This document shows positions 58,313-64,000 of a DNA stretch of 64,000 nucleotides, piece by piece. Where the stretch lies: positions 1,300,692 to 1,364,691 of the forward strand of contig OZ006978.1 of the NCBI GenBank assembly GCA_963931155.1, read 5' to 3'. The stretch comes from an uncultured Clostridia bacterium. GTDB lineage: Bacteria; Bacillota; Clostridia; TANB77; CAG-508. The stretch's first letter is position 1. Every line of letters begins with the position of its first letter. A model generated the notes under the pieces. It was given only the letters and a program-made list of their open reading frames with translations. It made no database searches and was not told the origin of the DNA. The position numbers and the translations under genes were made by a program.

Positions 58313-60757
58313 ATGGCTAGAACTGCTAAAACAGTAAAAACAACAGAGGCTACAAAAACTACAAAAACACCTAGAACTACCAAAAAAGTCACAAAAAAAG
58401 AGCCAGATAATGAAGTAAATAGCAAATTGAAATATATTGGACTTAATTTAAACAGAATACCAGCATTTTTAAAAGAACATGAAAGCCTAAATTTCAGACC
58501 TTCTAAATCGTATGATGATACAATTTATAAAGTATATAGATATGTTAATATAAAAAATATAGAAATTTTAATAACACCACAAGATAGACTAACTGACATA
58601 AAAGAAAAATATAAATTAGCAAGCCCAATTCGTGATTACTTGGATAAAAAGAATATAGAAAATGCTGAAAAACATGAAACTTTTATAAAGCTAATTGAAA
58701 CTATTAACGAAACAAGAATTGAAGAAATAGCCAAAGAACAAGAAAAATTAAACGAAAAAATACCATATGAAGTAAAATATCCAAACAATTATATATGGCA
58801 AGTATATTATTCAGATTATGCAAAAAAATATTTTATGCTTGCAACTACAAAAGAACAAGATAATAACGCAATGTTTTACTTGTTAAAAGAACAAATAGCA
58901 CATGCAAGAGCTAAAAAAGGAAATTATATATTTATTCCAATAAGTCATTTAGAATATTCTGGATTATACTTAACAAAATCAGAAATTTCAGATATTGAAA
59001 ATTATTTATGGTATTTTACAAAAGAATGGCCAAATGTATATGAGATATTTGATAAAGACAATAATCTATTTATTAAAGTTGTAGGAATTACAAATATATA
59101 TGATAAAATAAAAACCACATATAGTATAACTTTAGATTCTAAAGAAAAATCATTAGAGTTTTACAAATTGCTAAAAGCCATGTTTATACTAGCAACAGGC
59201 GCAAAGGAAGAATTTAAATTTGTAACAAAGATAAATCCAGAAGGCGAGTTAGAGTTTTGGCATAATAATCATTTAATTAAATATGCAAATCTTTCTGAAT
59301 ATATAAAATTAGAGTATTTAGATAAAATTGATAGACTAAAAAAAGAAATAAAAGATGGAGCAGAACTTGAAAGAAAACTAAGTAAATTTAAAATAGTTAT
59401 TGAAGAATTAACACAAGATTACTTACAAAGGCAAAGACAAATTGCGACATTTCTAGAATGTAAAAAAACTTTTTTTGGTAAAGTTAAATATTTCTTTAAA
59501 AAGAAAAAAGACAATAAAGATGTTCGAATACTAAAAGAGCAAAAAACTTTAAATAGAAGAAATGAAAGTAAAGGTGTAAAAGACGAAGCACAAGACGAAA
59601 CATTAAAAGAATTATATATGTTAAAACAACAATATACAATAGAGGATTTAATTAATATATGTGCAAAACTAGAAGAAATAGTTAAGAAAAATACAAATTT
59701 AACATTAGATATCAAAGCAATAGAAACAAAAAAAGATATATTAGCTAAAAAAATTGACAATGCTGATTTATACATAAAAGAAATAGACAAACACAAGAAG
59801 AGCATTTTTGAATTTTGGAAATTTACTAGCAAAGATGAGGTACAAACCCTACATGAAGCAGAAGAACAAGAAAAAGCAGAGCAAATAAAAATGAAAAAGT
59901 ATTTCGATTATCAAGATGATTTAGAAGATTTAGGAAAAATTGTTGATGAAGTTCAAAGAAGAAAATTATCAAAAAATGAAACAGATGCAATATTTGCTTT
60001 AAAACAAGTGCCAGCATCATTTAAAGAATTAAATGATGAAATAGATGCAGAATTACTTGAAATAAAAGAAAATAAAACAGTAAAACCAAAAAGAAAAACT
60101 GGGAAGAAAGAAAGTCAATTAGAAAAGGATTTAAACAAATTAAAAAAAGAATACGAAGATAATATAGAAGTAATAAATAGTAAAGATTTTGACATTTTTG
60201 GTAGCTTAGTCGAAGACAAAACTAAACTAAAAAGCATTAACAATGAAAAACATAGAGAAATAGAAAAAGACAAATTTAAAATATTAAATATAAGTTTAGA
60301 CACAAATATTAAAACATATAAAGAAAACTTAGAAAGCTATTTATCACTTATAAAAGAATCATTAAATAAAATAAAATCACCATATGATATGTCTGTATAT
60401 TGTGTAAATGATAAAAAAACAGTTCAGGGAATACGAATATTTAATATGAATCCAAAAACAGCTTTAAAAAATGAACTTACAGGGAAAAAAGAAAAAATAA
60501 CATTATGTAAAATAAATATAAAAGAAAATACACCAGCAGTATTTTATAGCAATATAATATTTTATGATAATTATAATAAAACATTACCAGTAGGAATGAA
60601 CTTATCATCAGAAATAGTGTTAGATGTAAACAAATTAAAATTAAAATTTGTAAAAGAAGATACATTTTATATGAATTACAAAGTAAATGAATTTGACTTT
60701 GCAACAAAAGAAATAGAAATTTATGAATATAATGCAGATTATGAAACAAAAGAATAA
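58313..60757 (+). CDS. large K/E-rich hypothetical protein (814 aa), Thr/Lys-rich N-terminus, coiled-coil C-terminal half
   Basis: SD GAAGGAGG, host-like codon usage, no recognisable catalytic motif. Confidence 0.6.
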   Translation: MARTAKTVKTTEATKTTKTPRTTKKVTKKEPDNEVNSKLKYIGLNLNRIPAFLKEHESLNFRPSKSYDDTIYKVYRYVNIKNIEILITPQDRLTDIKEKYKLASPIRDYLDKKNIENAEKHETFIKLIETINETRIEEIAKEQEKLNEKIPYEVKYPNNYIWQVYYSDYAKKYFMLATTKEQDNNAMFYLLKEQIAHARAKKGNYIFIPISHLEYSGLYLTKSEISDIENYLWYFTKEWPNVYEIFDKDNNLFIKVVGITNIYDKIKTTYSITLDSKEKSLEFYKLLKAMFILATGAKEEFKFVTKINPEGELEFWHNNHLIKYANLSEYIKLEYLDKIDRLKKEIKDGAELERKLSKFKIVIEELTQDYLQRQRQIATFLECKKTFFGKVKYFFKKKKDNKDVRILKEQKTLNRRNESKGVKDEAQDETLKELYMLKQQYTIEDLINICAKLEEIVKKNTNLTLDIKAIETKKDILAKKIDNADLYIKEIDKHKKSIFEFWKFTSKDEVQTLHEAEEQEKAEQIKMKKYFDYQDDLEDLGKIVDEVQRRKLSKNETDAIFALKQVPASFKELNDEIDAELLEIKENKTVKPKRKTGKKESQLEKDLNKLKKEYEDNIEVINSKDFDIFGSLVEDKTKLKSINNEKHREIEKDKFKILNISLDTNIKTYKENLESYLSLIKESLNKIKSPYDMSVYCVNDKKTVQGIRIFNMNPKTALKNELTGKKEKITLCKINIKENTPAVFYSNIIFYDNYNKTLPVGMNLSSEIVLDVNKLKLKFVKEDTFYMNYKVNEFDFATKEIEIYEYNADYETKE

Positions 60758-60759
60758 AA

Positions 60760-60792
60760 AAGGATATCAATTTGATATCCTTTTTTATTCGG
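60760..60792 (+). terminator. rho-independent terminator
   Basis: aaaaggatatcaa-ttt-gatatcctttttt. Confidence 0.65.
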
Positions 60793-60901
60793 TGTATTTT
60801 TCTATTAATAATATAATAATAAAAAAGTGCAAAAAAGAGATTGACAAAACGAACACTTGGTTGTAAAATATAACAAACAAATTTTCTATAGGAGGATAAA
60901 A

Positions 60902-62524
60902 ATGATATCTACTTTGCATATAAAAAATATAGGAATTATAGAGGATATAATAATTGATTTTAACGAAGGATTTAATGTTTTAACAGGTGAAACTGGTGCA
61001 GGAAAATCTTTAATAATAAATGCATTAAATATAATTTCTGGAGGAAGATTTTCAAAAGAGATGATTCGAAATGGAGAAAAAAATTCTTTTGTTGAAGCAA
61101 GTATATATTGCCCTGAAAATCCACATTCTGTTGATGGAAATATTATAGTTTCTAGAGAAATATATATAAATGGAAGAAACTCATGTAAAATAAACGGAAG
61201 ATTAGTTACAGTAAATGAATTAAAAGAATTTATGCAAGATTTAATAGATATACATGGTCAACAAGATAACTATAATTTATTAGATGAAACCAAACATATA
61301 TCATATTTGGATGACTTTGCAGGAAAAGAATTAATAAAATTAAAATCAGAGTATTATTCATTATTTGAAAGATATTGTAATATAAATAAAGAATTAAGCA
61401 AAAATTATGGGGATGACAAAGAAAAAGAAAGAAGATTAGATTTATTAAACTATGAATTAAAAGAAATCACAAATGCAAAATTAAAAATTAATGAGGATAT
61501 AAAATTACAAGAAGAACATAATATAATGAAAAATTCTGAAAAATTACAAGAAAACCTACATATAGTAGATGATAGCTTATCCAATCAAGCAATAGAAAGT
61601 ATTTCTATATCTATAAGAAGCTTAGAAAAAATATCAAACTTTGGCAATCAGTATGAAGAAAAACTTTCTGAATTAAAGAATATTTATTATGAAGTACAAG
61701 AATTAGCAAGAGATATTTCCATAATGAATGATGAAATCAGTTTTGATGAGGAAGAAAGAGATGTAATAGAAAAAAGATTGGACGAAATCTATTCTTTAAA
61801 AAGGAAATATGGCAATACTATAGAAGAAATACTTTTATATAAAGAAAAATTAGAAAACGAAATAAATGAAATAGAAAATGTTGATGAAATTAATAATAAA
61901 TTAAAACAAGAAAAGCAAGAAATAGAACAAAAAATGCTAAAAATATGTAATAATATAACAGCCATAAGAATAGAAAAAGCAAAAGAATTATCAAATTTAA
62001 TAAATAAAGAACTATCAGATTTAGAAATGTATAATGCAGTATTAAGAGTTGAAGTAGAAAACAAAAATGAATTCGATAGAAATGGTTTGAATAAAGTAAA
62101 ATTTTTAATATCAACAAATAAAGGGGAAGAAGAAAAAGAATTAACTAAAATTGCATCTGGTGGAGAAATGTCAAGAGTAATGCTGGGAATAAAAACAGTT
62201 TTAGCAGATGTAGACAAAGTATATACCCTAATATTTGATGAAATAGATACAGGAATTAGTGGAAAAGCAGCAAAAGCTGTAGGAGAAAAATTGAGAAAGA
62301 TTTCTAATAATCATCAAGTTATAATAGTAACGCACCTAGCTTCAATTGCGGCAAAAGGTGACTATAACTACTTTATAAGCAAAAATATTAAAAATGATAA
62401 AACATATACAAAAGTAAGGTTATTAAATGAAGAAGAAACAATAAAAGAAATTGCAAGAATATCAACTGGGGATATAACAAAAACATCTTTAGAACATGCA
62501 AAAGAATTAAGAAAAGTATCTTAA
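60902..62524 (+). CDS. recN: DNA repair protein RecN
   Basis: SMC-like: Walker A GETGAGKS, long coiled coil, signature/D-loop region near the C-terminus. Start after AGGAGG. The ORF is open from 60857. Promoter TTGACA-17-TAAAAT lies upstream. Confidence 0.9.
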   Translation: MISTLHIKNIGIIEDIIIDFNEGFNVLTGETGAGKSLIINALNIISGGRFSKEMIRNGEKNSFVEASIYCPENPHSVDGNIIVSREIYINGRNSCKINGRLVTVNELKEFMQDLIDIHGQQDNYNLLDETKHISYLDDFAGKELIKLKSEYYSLFERYCNINKELSKNYGDDKEKERRLDLLNYELKEITNAKLKINEDIKLQEEHNIMKNSEKLQENLHIVDDSLSNQAIESISISIRSLEKISNFGNQYEEKLSELKNIYYEVQELARDISIMNDEISFDEEERDVIEKRLDEIYSLKRKYGNTIEEILLYKEKLENEINEIENVDEINNKLKQEKQEIEQKMLKICNNITAIRIEKAKELSNLINKELSDLEMYNAVLRVEVENKNEFDRNGLNKVKFLISTNKGEEEKELTKIASGGEMSRVMLGIKTVLADVDKVYTLIFDEIDTGISGKAAKAVGEKLRKISNNHQVIIVTHLASIAAKGDYNYFISKNIKNDKTYTKVRLLNEEETIKEIARISTGDITKTSLEHAKELRKVS

Positions 62525-62669
62525 AATTTTTTCATACTTTTTATCTAAAAAAGAGCAATTATTAAAATTTATAGTGTTTTAGTAATTTATATTATATAAT
62601 TGGTTTACAAAAACAGTAAAATATTATATAATATTGAACGTATAAGGTATTATAATATTAGAAATAGAA

Positions 62670-62694
62670 GAGCATAAATGCTCGAATGGAGGTT
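62670..62694 (+). promoter_or_regulatory. second copy of the conserved stem-loop + SD motif, before lysS
   Basis: gagcataaatgctc-gaatggaggtt. The stem carries a compensatory swap relative to the copy at 16761. Confidence 0.45.
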
Positions 62695-62697
62695 TTT

Positions 62698-64000
62698 ATG
62701 AGTGAGAATAGCAATAGTAATGTAGAACAAGAATTAGATATGAACCAATTAATGAAGGTAAGAAAAGAAAAATTAGATAAATTAAAAGAAGAAGGTAAAG
62801 ATCCTTATAGAATTACTAAATTTAATAGAACACATTTAAGCCAAGAAATAAAAGAAAATTATGATGAATTAGAAGGAAAAGATGTTACTATAGCAGGAAG
62901 ATTAATGGCAAAAAGGATAATGGGAAAAGCATCATTTTGTCATATTCAAGATAGTACCGGAAAAATTCAGAGTTATGTAAGTATAAATGATTTAGGAGAA
63001 GAAAGTTATAAAGCTTTTAAAGAAGATGATATAGGAGATATTGTAGGAATAACTGGTTTTGTATTTAAAACAAGAACAGGAGAGATTTCAATTCATGCAA
63101 AAGAATTTACACTTCTTTCAAAATCGTTAAGACCACTTCCAGAAAAATTTCACGGATTAAAAGATACAGACTTAAGATATAGACAAAGATATGTAGATTT
63201 AATAGTTAATCCAGAAGTAAAAGATACATTCATAAAAAGAACAGAAATAATAAAAGAAATGAGAAGAATTCTTGATGAGAAAAAATATGTTGAAGTAGAA
63301 ACACCAATATTAAATACAATTCCGGGTGGTGCTAATGCAAGACCATTCATCACACATCACAATTCACTAGACATAGATATGTATTTAAGAATTGCAACAG
63401 AACTATATTTAAAAAGATTAATAGTTGGTGGTTTTGATAGAGTATATGAAATAGGAAGAATATTCAGAAATGAAGGAATGGATATAAAACACAATCCTGA
63501 ATTTACAACTATAGAATTATATCAAGCATATGCAAACTTAAATGATATGATGGATATCACAGAAGAATTAATTACAAAGATTGCAATGAAAGTATTAGGA
63601 ACAACAAAAATTACTTATCAAGGACAAGAAATAGACTTAACACCAGGAACATGGAGAAGAATTACAATGATAGATGCTGTAAAAGAAGTGACTGGAGTTG
63701 ATTTCCATACAATTAATACTGGTGAGGAGGCTGTTGAAGCGGCTAAAAAAGCTGGAGTTCCTGTAGACCCAATAAAAACAACAAGAGGAGATATTATAGC
63801 AGCATTCTTTGATGAGAAAGTTGAAGAAACATTAATACAACCAACATTTATATATGAATATCCAATAGAAAATTCTCCACTAGCTAAGAAAACAGAAAAA
63901 GATGAAAGAATGACACAAAGATTTGAATTATTTATAGGTGGTAGAGAATATGCAAACGCATTCTCAGAATTAAATGACCCAATAGATCAATATGAAAGAT
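62698..64000 (+). CDS. lysS: lysine--tRNA ligase (class II), 3'-truncated by the window end
   Basis: N-terminal OB fold and class II motifs (FRNEGMD...). The ORF runs off the window. Confidence 0.9.
   Translation, partial: MSENSNSNVEQELDMNQLMKVRKEKLDKLKEEGKDPYRITKFNRTHLSQEIKENYDELEGKDVTIAGRLMAKRIMGKASFCHIQDSTGKIQSYVSINDLGEESYKAFKEDDIGDIVGITGFVFKTRTGEISIHAKEFTLLSKSLRPLPEKFHGLKDTDLRYRQRYVDLIVNPEVKDTFIKRTEIIKEMRRILDEKKYVEVETPILNTIPGGANARPFITHHNSLDIDMYLRIATELYLKRLIVGGFDRVYEIGRIFRNEGMDIKHNPEFTTIELYQAYANLNDMMDITEELITKIAMKVLGTTKITYQGQEIDLTPGTWRRITMIDAVKEVTGVDFHTINTGEEAVEAAKKAGVPVDPIKTTRGDIIAAFFDEKVEETLIQPTFIYEYPIENSPLAKKTEKDERMTQRFELFIGGREYANAFSELNDPIDQYER

Overview
The window is low-GC (~27-30 %) Firmicutes/Clostridia-type chromosomal DNA. 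Sporulation genes are present (spoIVB, spoIIP, a SleB-like hydrolase, a YjcZ-like small protein). Almost all genes are on the + strand in a conserved housekeeping backbone: rpsO-pnp, an asp23/amaP operon, nusB-xseA-xseB, fhs, miaB-mutS, efp, recJ-rel, hisS, a MarR plus heterodimeric ABC exporter, pgi, thrS with a Thr T-box leader, recN, lysS.

RNA genes found are tRNA-Trp (CCA) and tmRNA (ssrA), both on the - strand.

The most unusual content is four GC-rich (43-53 %) single-gene cassettes embedded in this AT-rich backbone. Each has a near-consensus sigma-A promoter, a strong SD and its own GC-rich terminator: (1) a Cys-rich 147-aa protein, (2) a 175-aa unknown protein, (3) a GNAT acetyltransferase, (4) a RelA/SpoT-synthetase-domain protein of 303 aa sitting directly downstream of a small HD-domain alarmone-hydrolase-like gene. 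Cassette 4 plus the HD gene is an SAH + toxSAS-like pair inserted between thrS and a large K/E-rich protein gene. Cassettes 1-3 cluster in a variable islet bounded by tRNA-Trp and ssrA, together with two paralogous proteins made of tandem DeoR-like HTH repeats.

Other notable features:
- A MITE/PATE-like interspersed element (palindromic 32-nt hairpin plus a ~95-nt core ending in a terminator-like hairpin). It occurs in four copies, one inside the thrS leader.
- Arrays of a ~36-bp tandem repeat in two intergenic regions.
- A covarying stem-loop immediately 5' of the SD of mutS and lysS.
- Two frameshifted peptidase genes (U32 and M23).
- A large imperfect palindrome between convergent genes.

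No CRISPR array, integrase or transposase was seen. All calls are from sequence inspection only. Family assignments rest on recognisable motifs, not database searches.
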